From positions 111,972,001-112,036,000 of the forward strand of contig OZ024742.1 in NCBI GenBank assembly GCA_964016885.1: a DNA stretch of 64,000 nt. Direction: 5' to 3'. The number at the start of each line of letters is the position of its first letter. Positions within the stretch are counted from its first letter, which is position 1. Below are positions 1 to 11,717 of this stretch, piece after piece. The notes beneath the pieces were generated by a model that made no database searches, was not told the origin of the DNA, and saw nothing but the letters and a program-made list of their open reading frames with translations. The position numbers and the translations under genes are program-made. Origin of the DNA: Eledone cirrhosa. Taxonomy: Eukaryota.

Positions 1-2686
1 GAAATCAAGGTCGTCCCTAATTTTCACAGGAAGAAGAGCGTCCAAGGCTCATTAAAGAACAATATCCCAGACACCATTTTTGGAGCACCCCAGAAGGCAT
101 GCCTACTGGGAAAACATGTACTTTCCGATATATGTGAATATCTGAGGGTGCATGTAGCCGTTTGATGTTTTTAATGAAAATTTTCCGGTTAAAATAACAG
201 CAATCACTTTGATATCAAAATATAACTTGGTGTAACAGGTACTGAAAGGAGATGTTTGTTGATCCGTGTAGCTTGACTACGGGGCATTAAATCAATGTTA
301 AACAATACGAGAAAATTGTAAGATTTGCAGGCTTAGGAATAGATGTCAAGAGAATGTGTAATTTGAAAGCAAGTGTGGGTGACACTCAGAAGACCCCCAG
401 AAAAACCTTGATAGAATCTTTATCAGTCTAGAATATCATGCAGACGTTCAATCGTATAGAAATTGTCCTGTAAGCTGGTGAGCGTGAGCATATTGGAATA
501 AATGATTGAAAATAAAGAAACAACGAAAGAAGGGAGAAAGAAAAAGACAGATGGTTTGGTGAAATACGCACCACCGTAGTCTTACCGGAAATTTCAATGG
601 CCAGCAATACACACATGTAGACTCCAGCCCTGGACACTAACGAAAACCGAGCGGACGCTTACTGTTACTTTATTAACGACTTCGAGATTAAATAGATAAA
701 ATGTTGCGAGAAGACCAGCCAAACTGTCGCTATGTGAATTCATATTTTCCCTGGTGCTGATACGTCTGTAAACAATTTAAATCTTCCAAAATAAATACAT
801 AAATAAATAAATAAATAAGATTTAATGCCACATAGTGCTTAGCCATACGCTTTCTAGCCACATACAGGACATGACTCCTAACTCTCATTTAATCCCAATG
901 CTACGACGAAAATGGCGTATCAGAAATTGCTTTCTTGTAAACTTGTTTAGGAGTTACAAAATGTTTGGCATGCATTGCTAAACATTTTGTAACTCCTTTC
1001 GGAAAAACATTTATCCGGCTAATTATTCTACCGTATCGTACACTTTGACTGGAAACAACGCTGTATTCCTTCAAGGGTATACAGATTGGTGTGAAGTGCA
1101 TACCTTAATACTAAAGTTAGTATTATTGTCAACTTTTGTCAATATCGACTCATGGATTTTCTCAATATTCATGTGTAAATAGTTGATTCTGTTGACGTTG
1201 CAACAATTCCACTTAACCTGTAAACGCGCATAAATATATGGTGGAATGTTTGGGTAAAAATTATTATATTTCATTCTGATAAAAACAGAATAATATAAAT
1301 CACTTTATACCAATATATAATTATGTACGAGCCGCTGAAGTTACATCCTACTTAAAATGTAAAAAACAATTACAAAATTCGTTCTATCACTACTGATATA
1401 AGGGTGGAAATCCTGCAACTAATAACTGACCAGCATTCAAACCACTTAAGGAAAAAACATGGAAAAAAACATAATTGACTTAAACAAAAATAAAAGTGAA
1501 TAAATAGGGAAATCACATCACAACCAAATTTCACTTATTTAAACGAAATCTAACCAAATTAATCCGAAACATCATATTATCATCACCCAGCCAGAAAAGA
1601 ATAGAGAAACAAACAGTTAGTCTATAACATAGAACACAAGCTGAATATTAAGCAGACCACTAACTTAAAAATAATACACATCAGTCTTGAACCAAGAAAA
1701 GCCGGTAAAATGTTGAAGTATTTAGTATAATTTCAAACAAAAGAAAGTGAAAATATATTTATATTATTCATAAAATGTATTAAAATGATAGCCTCTTTTA
1801 GAAAAGAGTTTCCATTTTCGGTGTAGAAGCGATAGCCACCCCGTTTACATTTGTGGAGATATTTGCGGCTTGATTAACGAGCCACTACTACACAAAAGCT
1901 TCTCTAGCCAGTAACCTGAATTGCCCCTTGACATTATAAGATGTAGGGTGATTTTCTGGGACAATTTCTTGAGAACAAAGTGCGTCTAATGCCATGAAAT
2001 ACGGTATATACATATAAACTATGTTACTATTCATTTTTTTACCTAACTGGATTTCATAGAAATATGATATAACTTAAATTATGTAAATTCATTTTTTCTT
2101 TCAGATTCCTTAAGGATGTAATTTACGTATCTGGTGTAGGCCTGGACATCTACAGCACAGATACTATGTCAAGTTGCGTATATAAATAAGCTCAAGACAT
2201 AAAACATTATACCTGAATATATTGACCAAATATTCTTCAATACGAACATTTTCAAAATTGTGAATATTGGGTTTAACAATATTAACAACTCAATCTTACA
2301 TATTAGAAAAATGAAAACTCATCTCTATTCCCTAGAAAAATGTAAATATCTAATTTTAACATAGATCAATACAACAATAATGCACAAATAGCAACATAGT
2401 TTCTTTGACTTGGAAATAAGAAAAATTTAACAACAATGATGAACTCCACCATTTTGTAATTCTGAAATATTGAACAGTCTAATATTTCAGAACTTTTAAT
2501 TGAAGAACTTTCAGGCTCTCATGGATTTGAATAAAACCATAGTTGATGCATAGACGAAGCAGTTTCCTTGAAATCTGAGTTTTCCAATTATATTTCAACT
2601 GACGGATGATATAGATAGTATATTAGCAACTCACCACAAATACTTGTATAAGACAACTGATAGCGTCATCTTACGTTAAATTTGTG

Positions 2687-2719
<33 letters not shown>

Positions 2720-2728
<9 letters not shown>

Positions 2729-5390
2729 AGAACTAAAGATGGTTAAAAGAGTTCCATGTATTTTATTATGCGCATTTCAAAAACAATTATCATCATGCAG
2801 TAATATTTGTGTTTTCATCAGATAAAACATGAAGACATGATATGAAGGTTAAAAAACACTTGTGGATAGTTCAGTTTTAAATCAACATATGAGAAGTAGT
2901 TTTAGATTGATGTGTGATATTGGGAAAAAATATTTTATTTAGAGGGGTGGGTGGAAAGGATGAAAAAGAGGAGGAGATGAGAGTAAAAAGTGGAGAGGGA
3001 TGAGTATAATGAGGATGAGATAGGAGGAGAGATGGGTGATAGATAGAGAGAGATAGCTTTTATAACTGAGAAAGATATATTGTTTTACATAGACAGGTTG
3101 AAAACCGTTGGAAGATAATGAATAAATTAAAAGAATTTGAAAATTAACGAAGAGAAAAATAATGTAAAGTTAAGGTTTGTATATTGAGGGGTTTGATAAT
3201 ACGTGCGATGAAAAAAGAAAATGTTAATATGTATTGAGAATAATGTTTAAGGGTTTAATAATATATGCGATGTTAAGAAGATGTTGATATGTATTATTAA
3301 AAGGAACAACAGGTTATTTAAGTAAGGAAATATTGTGAGATGAATGAGTTAGATGAAAGGGAGAAAGAATAATGAATTGAGGATGAATAATCTAACGTCA
3401 AAAAAATGTATATGTTTACGAAGGATTTTTACAGGTGATATAGAGTAAGAATGTATTGTATTATGTAATAATTGATTCTGTGATAGGCAAGAGTGAGAAA
3501 AGATACAGATTAGGGGTTAGACATTAAAAGTAGAAGAGAAGAATGAGTAACAAGTATTATAGAATGTATAATAACCTTTGAAATAAGGTAGAAAGATGGG
3601 TATATTTTTAAAAGAAGTGTATATATATATATATATATGTGCCTTTGAGAAAAAGATTCTAAATTCATAAAGAATTGAATATTAGTTGTATACTTTGTGA
3701 AATGTTTTATGGAATTTATGCAAGCAGATAGAAAACAAGTCAGTGCGTCTATTTATTATAGAATCTAAATGAGAAATAATGGTAAATTTTTCATTTAGAC
3801 AGAGATTGCAAATTTTGGATAGAGAACTGTTCAAGCATGGTGACGCAGAAGAAACCTTCTTCCAAAAGATGCTATATTTAATATTTTTGTCTTTCAAGGA
3901 CTATATGAGTTCTGAGAGAGCCGTGTTGGTTCTTTTAAGTTTGTATTTAAAAGACGAATGATGGTTATAAAGACGAGCTTTAAAAGAGGTGGAAGTGGAG
4001 CCAAAATAGGTGAAGGAATTGGTGTCAGTTATAACTTTACATTCGTAAATTAAGTTTTTATCAAGACAATGTTTGTTGAGAGGACATTTATTTTTAATAG
4101 GGCAATTGCAATTGCGATTAGAGAGATTATTAATGAGTGACCTAGTGTTATCTATAGAAGGAATTGGATTGGAGAAGTTATTTGTGATAGGAATAATAGT
4201 TTCTTGATTTAGAATGGGATTAAGAACATTTATCGAAGTTGTGTTTGACGTTGTATTTGGGTTTGTAGAAATTAGCCTAGGGTTTACAATGATGTCGGGA
4301 GTACTATTATTATGATATTCAGTGTTGGAAGGAAGAGATTTAGTATTTAGTATTTTATTGTTGTGTTTAGAGATAATGTTGGAAATGTTGGAGGATGTAG
4401 AATAGGAAAATGTTATAGTGTGTTTGTTAAATATTTTACTATAGATATGTGAGGGAGGGAAACATTTATTTAAGGCACTAAAGAATAATTTAGGAATATT
4501 GTTATTAATAGAGATGGAGAAAGGAGCATTATACCAGATTATGTTTTTGTATCTAGGTCTTTTATTAAAGTTATTGGAATGATCATGATTAATTATTCTA
4601 CTGTAATTTCTTCTAGAATTTGTTTCTTTACTATATTTAATTTTATCAGGATAGCCGGCTTTAGAAAGCGCGTTATTATAGTAATTGGCGTTAGCATCAA
4701 AGATGTTTTTATTAGAAGATAGGTTAGATATTCTTTTTCCAATATTACTAACTATAGCATTCTTGATATTAGTAGGATGGTTAGATTTAAAGTTAACATA
4801 ATTTAGGTTCTCATTGTTTTTATGGTAAAGATAATATAGGCCAGTGTCAAGATTAAGAGATACATCCAAGAAATTAGCTATTTTTATGCTGTTGCCAAAT
4901 TGAATTTTTAGGTTATGTTGGTTAAAGAGATTACGTATATTGTTCTTAATAATATTAAGGTTAACTATGTTGCAATTTAAGATAGTAAAGAGTCGATCGT
5001 CACCATAAATTCCACCGCGAAGTTGAGGAATTTTCCGACTCAAAGATTTTCAAAATAAAGATACCAATTAAATCTGTCAATTGGGATGAATCGGATGCTC
5101 CCATTGTGATATCGAAGTTGTTAGAGGTATCGGCTCTGGTCCAATATTCGTTGTTGAACTCAAGGATGGTTTTACGTGCAGTGAGAATGATGTGAAGTTC
5201 ATCTGTGGTGATGTCAGAATATTTAAGTGCGAAAGATAGAGCATTATTGAGAAGTGAAGGCGAAATAGAAGAATAGTAGCTGGCATTATCAAATTGAACA
5301 AATTTTAGTTTGTTTTTATTATTCAATTCGTTGAACCAGCTACTCACTTCAGAAGTACCAAACCATAAATTTAGGTTCAAAGAAGAGCAA
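2720..5390 (-). mobile_element. 5'-truncated, frameshifted Penelope-like element (family A; possibly Hydra-clade) with 3' tail/pseudo-LTR
   Basis: ORFs 5380-5000, 5043-3901 and 3897-3682 join into RT (FDITMG..DLIG, GGIYGDD, FLDVSL), linker WYNAPFS, CNC..CPL..C, GIY-YIG (IYECKV..TYFGST) and C-terminal CNLCL.EK..INRR..C.H. HHR in the 3' tail; both ends abut (TA)n. Clade assignment is from motif recall only. Confidence 0.9.
2761..2827 (-). ncRNA. Minimal type I hammerhead ribozyme (PLE family A tail)
   Basis: Minus strand: ttttat CTGATGA aaac...gttttt GAAA tgcgca TA ataaaa. 6-bp stem I, palindromic helix III ATGCGCAT, AUA cleavage triplet. Confidence 0.8.
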
Positions 5391-5741
5391 TTATATATAT
5401 ATATATGGATGAAGGTATGTGTTTATATATAGGTGTAAGTGCACTAAATCCCTTTCTGTCACGCTCCACTATCCTACCGACCACAGGAAGATATATGTAT
5501 GTATATTGCTTCCACCCCCTCACTGACCAGCAGCTGGCCAGCTGGCCATTGCTAAATCTGACCTTTATAAAATAACCCACACCCCAAATAACTTCTCATT
5601 CACTACCAGAAAGGGACACAGCAGTCAACTTGTTGCTACCTAGATGAAAACTACTATGAAATCCCACAATGAATTTTATACTTGAATTTTCAAATCTCAA
5701 ATTTTAACTCTTCGTATTATTAATTTTTCTTAATATTAATC

Positions 5742-5789
5742 AACATTTGAAAAGATGGCTTTTGCAGACGCATCGAAACCGGTCATTTT
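5742..5789 (+). ncRNA. HHR-like motif with U3-A8 core variant (family B 5' pLTR)
   Basis: TTGAAAA gatg...catc GAAA ccgg TC. Palindrome ACCGGT, GUC site; stem I weak. Confidence 0.5.
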
Positions 5790-5960
5790 TTATACCCTTT
5801 ATTATTTCCTTACCTTATAAAATTATATGTTTTTTCACAAAAAAGTATTCTGTCTCTTATATATTCCATGTGCCATTACCAACCTCAATTTTCTCTATAA
5901 CCTTCGTTTTGTGTAGAAAATTACACTGTTCATATATACTAACCTACGCAAATCCGGAAA

Positions 5961-8900
5961 ATGGCACTGGAACAAGACAACACAACTTCAAACTCCAATA
6001 TAAATGAGGAAATCCTGAAAATCCTAAAAGAGATAAATGGAAAACTCACCATTCTGACAAAAAAACAGGATATACTCCAAACCACCACACCGACTGACAA
6101 CCAAATTTATTTAAACGTTCAAAACGTATGCAACTCCATCGAAAAACTTATGAATACCAACACAGAACAAACGACATTGCTCCATATCAAAAACCAAATG
6201 GGACACCTCTGGAAAAAACATCTAAAAACCAGAAAATTCACTTTCTGGAATATGATAAAAAACCTCAACAAAGCTGGAATTTACCAAAAATGGATTAACT
6301 CAACACCGATAGTTTTACCACGTAAATTCCAAATAAAGCATATTACAAACGAACCTGAACCAGAAAGAAAACTCCGTGAACAAATGTCACTCAACAGGAT
6401 ACACATGGAAATAGAACTCCTAAAATTAAGGGCCACCTCAAACGAGCAAGAGTATAAGGATACTGATAAAAATATGGAGGAAGAATGCACTAAAAAGGCC
6501 GAGGGAACAACCCTACAAAATTTAATCAAATCGTGGAAACAGGACTGCGAGAATGCAGAAATTATTTCCCTTAAACGGTGGGAAAAATCTGAAAACTGGT
6601 TCCTCAAATATGAAGAAGACTTTAAAAGGACGCACCAAACAGGTAACCCCTTTATAAAGCATTTGAACATAACAAGAACTACAACAGACACATTTACACC
6701 ACCAAACCCAACACACACTAACCACAGGCACATCCCCCACCAACACAAACCAAATACGGCCAACTACACCAAAAGAAACACACCCAACCACCACAACACA
6801 GGTTTCCGTAGAAATGCCCCCTACATAAACCAACGACGAAATAACATAGATCCAACTCACAACACTCACACCACATTCCCCAGAAGAATTCCACCCAGAC
6901 CACTTGAAATCACAACAGAACTTACCCACAACCACACCAGACATCACCCTCAATCCAACAAAAGACAACCCCCCAACCTCAACACTCTGTACCACAGAAA
7001 TAACGAACCCAGACCACATGAACCAACAACAGAACCCTTGCTCATCAACAACCACAACACATACCACCCCCACCATCACATTCACCCTCATGAAACAACA
7101 AGCTACAGACCCACACGCAACAGACCAACAAAATATAATCACACACAAAACTACATTCCTTCTTTAGGGAAAAGCCTGAAATACCAGGATACTCGATGGC
7201 CCCCCCCTCAGGAGAAACCAAAAATAATCAACCTCTCAAAGACACCTCTAACCAGCACACAAATCAACATTTTATGTAAGGGCCTGAAATTTACACCTAC
7301 ACCACGTAAACCAAACTTCCCCGAAATGAAGGATGACATCATGGAATACTGCCGAAAGCTGCGACTAACGGAATTCTTCCACAACGACACCAACACTGAA
7401 GACGAATCACTGGTTAGAAATAAAAGCAATTTCTGCCCACAAAAGGGAAGAAATAAAGCACTGGACACGTACTGCGAACACATCACCAACTTTCCCTATG
7501 AAAAAAATACAAATAAACACACGAAATCAAACCTATCTACACACGAATGGGAAGAATTATTCACACTTAGAAACAACCCTGAGATAACTATCAAAGAAGC
7601 CGATAAAGGCAGTACTGTTGTCATTATGAATACGGACTACTATAGGACCCTCGCACTTAACATTTTAGAAAACAACACATACTATGAAAAAACAGAAAAC
7701 TACAAACACACCAAAACAATGGGGAACTTTTTGACCTTACTGAATAAATACCGCAACAGCTTAACCACAAAAGAGTTTAACTATATAAGCCACTTCAAAT
7801 GCAATACAAGCTCTTTTTACGGCTTACCGAAACTCCACAAATGTAAGCCCATAAACGATGCATGTGACACCTCAACCAACAATTACATTGAACTAACACC
7901 ACTAGAAGACCTAAAACTCAGGCCAATTATAGCAGGCCCTACATGTGAAACCCACAGACTTAGTAACTTTCTGGACATCCTACTGAAACCCTTTCTACAA
8001 CATATACAGAGCTACATACGAGATGACCTTGACATGCTGAAACACCTCCCTAAAACAGTAAGTGCAAATACAATTCTTGTCTCCTTTGACGTAATAAACC
8101 TCTACACAAACATACCCCACAACTATGGAATAACAGCAGTCCAATACTCGCTTAACACAAACCCATCAGAAATACCGACACGCATCAACACAGATTTTAT
8201 CACTGACGGACCCCGCTTTATCCTACAAAATAACTACTTCACATTCAATGGTTCAACATACAGACAAGTATCAGGTACGGCAATGGGCACGAAAGTAACA
8301 CCCACATATGCCAACCTAGTCATGGGATTCCATGAACAACAAATATACAGTCAGTCCCTTCTCTTATTTGGAGACTCTTTCCACACACACCTCAAAGCCA
8401 ATTGGAAAATATATCTAGACGACTGCTTTATCTTATGGCAAGAAGACATGAACTCAGTTACTACGTTTAAAAACATGATAAACAACATAGATAATAACAT
8501 ACAATTCACAATGGAATCCGATCCTAAGGAATTAGCCTTCTTGGATATTCTCATCTCTGTAATAGACGAGAAATTAGATACAGATATATTCTATAGACCC
8601 ACAGATTCCAAGCAATACCTCTTTTTCACATCAAGTCACCCAAAACATACAAAACTTAACATTCCTTACAATTTGGCCAAACGTATATGTACCATAGTAT
8701 CAGATCCACCTAAACGGGAGCAAAGACTAAAGGAACTAAGAGCCTTTCCACTTGAAATAATCAACAATGGAATAGACAGGGCAAAACACCTAAATCCCCA
8801 TCAACTTAACAATCCAAAACAGAAAACCACACTCAACACCCTGCCATATGTATCCACTTTCAACCCCAGAAATACCGAAATGTTTGATCACCTACACAAA

Positions 8901-9416
8901 AACCTCCCCATCCTACTTAAAGATGTAAAAATGAAGTCTATTCTTGAAACACACAAGATCCTTAAAAGTAAAAGACAACCCAAATCACTTAAACGCATTC
9001 TCACTGGACCAAATATACCCAAACCAATCCTCAATCCTACAGTTACCAAATGTGGTAGAACAAACTGTGGAACGTGCCTCTACCTCACTGAAGGACAAAC
9101 ATTTACATTCAAAGAGGGCCAAACATTTACAGTAAAAAACAATTTCACCTGCAACTCGGAGAACTTGATTTACGCAATAACTTGCGGTGGGTGCAAACAC
9201 AACTACATAGGACAGACGGGCTCCTCATTACGCAAAAGAATGACCATCCACCGCCAACAAATCCGGGACGCTAACACAAGAAAAATCCCCTTGAGCAGCC
9301 ATATTGCGAACTGCTCAGGAATGACACTACCCAACTTTAAAATCTTCCCCTTCTACAAGTGCTCAGATTCGTTCACACAGCAAACAAAGAATAAACAAAG
9401 AAAATCTATTCCTTAA
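5961..9416 (+). CDS. PLE polyprotein: N-terminal extension + reverse transcriptase + CxxxxCxxC linker + GIY-YIG endonuclease (C-terminus frameshifted)
   Basis: Motifs IINLS..L.KGL.F.P, ADKG, FYGLPKLHK, RPIIA, SFDV..LYTNIPH, Q..GTAMG, YLDD, FLDI, KCGRTNCGTC, IYAITC..C..YIGQTG..RM..H. Confidence 0.93.
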   Translation: MALEQDNTTSNSNINEEILKILKEINGKLTILTKKQDILQTTTPTDNQIYLNVQNVCNSIEKLMNTNTEQTTLLHIKNQMGHLWKKHLKTRKFTFWNMIKNLNKAGIYQKWINSTPIVLPRKFQIKHITNEPEPERKLREQMSLNRIHMEIELLKLRATSNEQEYKDTDKNMEEECTKKAEGTTLQNLIKSWKQDCENAEIISLKRWEKSENWFLKYEEDFKRTHQTGNPFIKHLNITRTTTDTFTPPNPTHTNHRHIPHQHKPNTANYTKRNTPNHHNTGFRRNAPYINQRRNNIDPTHNTHTTFPRRIPPRPLEITTELTHNHTRHHPQSNKRQPPNLNTLYHRNNEPRPHEPTTEPLLINNHNTYHPHHHIHPHETTSYRPTRNRPTKYNHTQNYIPSLGKSLKYQDTRWPPPQEKPKIINLSKTPLTSTQINILCKGLKFTPTPRKPNFPEMKDDIMEYCRKLRLTEFFHNDTNTEDESLVRNKSNFCPQKGRNKALDTYCEHITNFPYEKNTNKHTKSNLSTHEWEELFTLRNNPEITIKEADKGSTVVIMNTDYYRTLALNILENNTYYEKTENYKHTKTMGNFLTLLNKYRNSLTTKEFNYISHFKCNTSSFYGLPKLHKCKPINDACDTSTNNYIELTPLEDLKLRPIIAGPTCETHRLSNFLDILLKPFLQHIQSYIRDDLDMLKHLPKTVSANTILVSFDVINLYTNIPHNYGITAVQYSLNTNPSEIPTRINTDFITDGPRFILQNNYFTFNGSTYRQVSGTAMGTKVTPTYANLVMGFHEQQIYSQSLLLFGDSFHTHLKANWKIYLDDCFILWQEDMNSVTTFKNMINNIDNNIQFTMESDPKELAFLDILISVIDEKLDTDIFYRPTDSKQYLFFTSSHPKHTKLNIPYNLAKRICTIVSDPPKREQRLKELRAFPLEIINNGIDRAKHLNPHQLNNPKQKTTLNTLPYVSTFNPRNTEMFDHLHKNLPILLKDVKMKSILETHKILKSKRQPKSLKRILTGPNIPKPILNPTVTKCGRTNCGTCLYLTEGQTFTFKEGQTFTVKNNFTCNSENLIYAITCGGCKHNYIGQTGSSLRKRMTIHRQQIRDANTRKIPLSSHIANCSGMTLPNFKIFPFYKCSDSFTQQTKNKQRKSIP

Positions 9417-9876
9417 CAAATTTAAACCAAAACTAAACAGGTTATCACCCCAATAGAATTGTCATAAAATATAAACACACATACGCACGGAATCACTACT
9501 ATTAAAGACCAGAGACCAATTCTGTAGAATCAGGTTTATTCGTTGACTGACCATGCCTTTGTGTGACCAACACATCCATGTTAAACCCTGCACGTGCACA
9601 CACATATATTTATATATATATGCGCACACAGAATTCACCACTGTCGGTTGCGGGGACAATCTACATGAAGAACTCAATGTGATCAGAATGACTTGTATTT
9701 TAATTTCACTGTCCCAACTTCTTATATTATGGAAAAAATTTATGTGTATGTATGTATATATATATATATTTGGAGGCCATTTATCTGTGTGTGGGTGTAT
9801 GTATGTGTATATGTGTGTGTATGTGTGTGCATGTGGATGTATGTATTGTGTGTGCGTGTGTGTGTGTGTGTATGTA

Positions 9877-9913
<37 letters not shown>

Positions 9914-10464
9914 GTGTATATACATATGTGTGTGTGTGTGTGTATGTATGTGTGTATCTGGATGTATGTGTATGCATATATATGTGTGTGTGTGTATATA
10001 TATATATATATGTGTGTGTATGTGTATATATGTGTGTGTGTGTGTATGTGTGTGTGTATGTATGTGTGTATATGTATATATATATATATATATGTATATG
10101 TGTATGTATATGTATATGTATGTATGTGTGGATGAAGGTATGTGTGTATATATAGGTGTAAGTGCACTAAATCCCTTTCTATCACGCTCCACTCTCCTAC
10201 CGACCACAGGAAGATATATGTATGTATATTGCTTCCACCCCCTCACTGACCAGCAGCTGGCCAGCTGGCCATTGCTAAATCTGACCTTTATAAAATAACC
10301 CACACCCCAAATAACTTCTCATTCACTACCAGAAAGGGACACAGCAGTCAACTTGTTGCTACCTAGATGAAAACTACTATGAAATCCCACAATGAATTTT
10401 ATACTTGAATTTTCAAATCTCAAATTTTAACTCTTCGTATTATTAATTTTTCTTAATATTAATC

Positions 10465-10512
10465 AACATTTGAAAAGATGGCTTTTGCAGACCCATCGAA
10501 ACCGGTCATTTT
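10465..10512 (+). ncRNA. HHR-like motif with U3-A8 core variant (family B 3' pLTR)
   Basis: TTGAAAA gatgg...ccatc GAAA ccgg TC. 5-bp stem II; stem I weak. Confidence 0.55.
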
Positions 10513-10616
10513 TTATACCCTCTATTATTTCCTTACCTTATAAAATTATATGTTTTTTCGCAAAAAAGTATTCTGTCTTTTATATATTCCAGGTGCCATT
10601 ACCAACCTCAATTTTG

Positions 10617-10767
<151 letters not shown>

Positions 10768-10796
10768 ATATATATGAATATATATATATATATCCA

Positions 10797-10965
10797 GGGC
10801 ACTGGATTGGCAGTGTCGGTAGAGGGTCCTGCGCCAAGCTTTGCACCAAAGAGTTAAGGTCCTTTATGGTCTGAGTTCAAATCCCGCTGAGGTTACCTTT
10901 GCCATTCATCCTTACGGGGTCGATAACATAAAGTACCAGTAATACACTTTTGTGCCAAATGTAGA

Positions 10966-10970
<5 letters not shown>
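10797..10970 (+). mobile_element. tRNA-derived SINE
   Basis: A-box-like TGGCAGTGTCGG, B box GAGTTCAAATCCC, conserved body ttcatccttacggggtcgataa..gtaccagt; many copies in the window. Confidence 0.85.
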
Positions 10971-11016
<46 letters not shown>

Positions 11017-11080
11017 TTCTACTTTGGTGGCACACACACACACATTCACATATGGCTGAATACAATAAATGTAATCTGCG

Positions 11081-11580
11081 AACACAAGAGCAAGAATGAG
11101 GGGCTCTATTCTGCTTACATGCCTTTAAAAAAGAGGCTTGTTTGCATAATTGCAAACGAATCGAATATTATTATTAATATTCGAAAAACTCAAGTTAGAT
11201 ATATTGTATTCAGCCAAGTAGAGCGAACTATTTCTAAATTTACATTTGAATATGGCAAAGCCGGCCATTAATCGCTCGTATTCAGGAAACTGACTGGCCA
11301 GTCTGTTGATATGCGGATCTGAATGATCAGCCAGTCTACTAATATGCAAATAAGGCCGCTCAGTCACTAGCTCTGAGAGTTGGCATGTTAAGAGTGAACT
11401 GTACTGATGAAGTGTAATACCCGGAAACATTAGTGTTTGCAGTTCTCATAACATGCCAACACAAGAGCAAGAATGGTGGCGGGGGGGTGACTCATTCTAC
11501 TGGCATGGCTTTAAAAAAGAGGCTTGTTTTCATATTTGAAAAGGAATCGAATATTTTATTAATATTCGAAAAACTCAGAT

Positions 11581-11584
<4 letters not shown>
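11081..11584 (+). repeat. Retrozyme-like HHR repeat, family R2 (377-bp unit plus about 125-bp terminal redundancy)
   Basis: aacacaagagcaagaatg...aatattcgaaaaactca starts at 11081 and again at 11458. HHR at 11396-11445. Homologous locus at 24957-25480. Confidence 0.75.
11396..11445 (+). ncRNA. Type I hammerhead ribozyme in R2 repeat
   Basis: gaactgta CTGATGA agtgtaatacccg GAAA cattagtg TT tgcagttc. 8-bp stem I (one G-U), near-palindromic helix III ACATTAGTGT, degenerate stem II, GUU site. Confidence 0.75.
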
Positions 11585-11620
<36 letters not shown>

Positions 11621-11661
11621 CGAAACATAAGTCAATTGTATGAACTCATAATCTTTTCCTT

Positions 11662-11717
11662 ACTGCTATATATATTTCGATGATAGTCATCGAATGGATA
11701 TGACCTCATCAGGCAGT
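11662..11717 (-). ncRNA. Minimal type I hammerhead ribozyme in a probable PLE 3' fragment (about 11617-11975)
   Basis: Minus strand: actgc CTGATGA ggtcat...atgactatcatc GAAA tatata TA gcagt. Palindrome ATATATAT. Confidence 0.7.

Larger units (their letters stand above)
5406..10615 (+). mobile_element. Near-full-length Penelope-like element (family B, Neptune-like) with direct pseudo-LTRs (about 5406-5895 and 10128-10615)
   Basis: Near-identical direct repeats of about 490 bp flank the 1151-aa ORF. Each carries an HHR-like motif. Both ends are bounded by microsatellite. Confidence 0.92.

Noticed and set aside
1-770. Coding-like composition at the window start
   Set aside because: No sustained ORF or recognisable motif on either strand.
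6281-7489. Antisense and alternate-frame ORFs over PLE coding regions (also 56821-57747, 60779-63889)
   Set aside because: Shadows of A/C-rich retroelement ORFs with no independent motifs.
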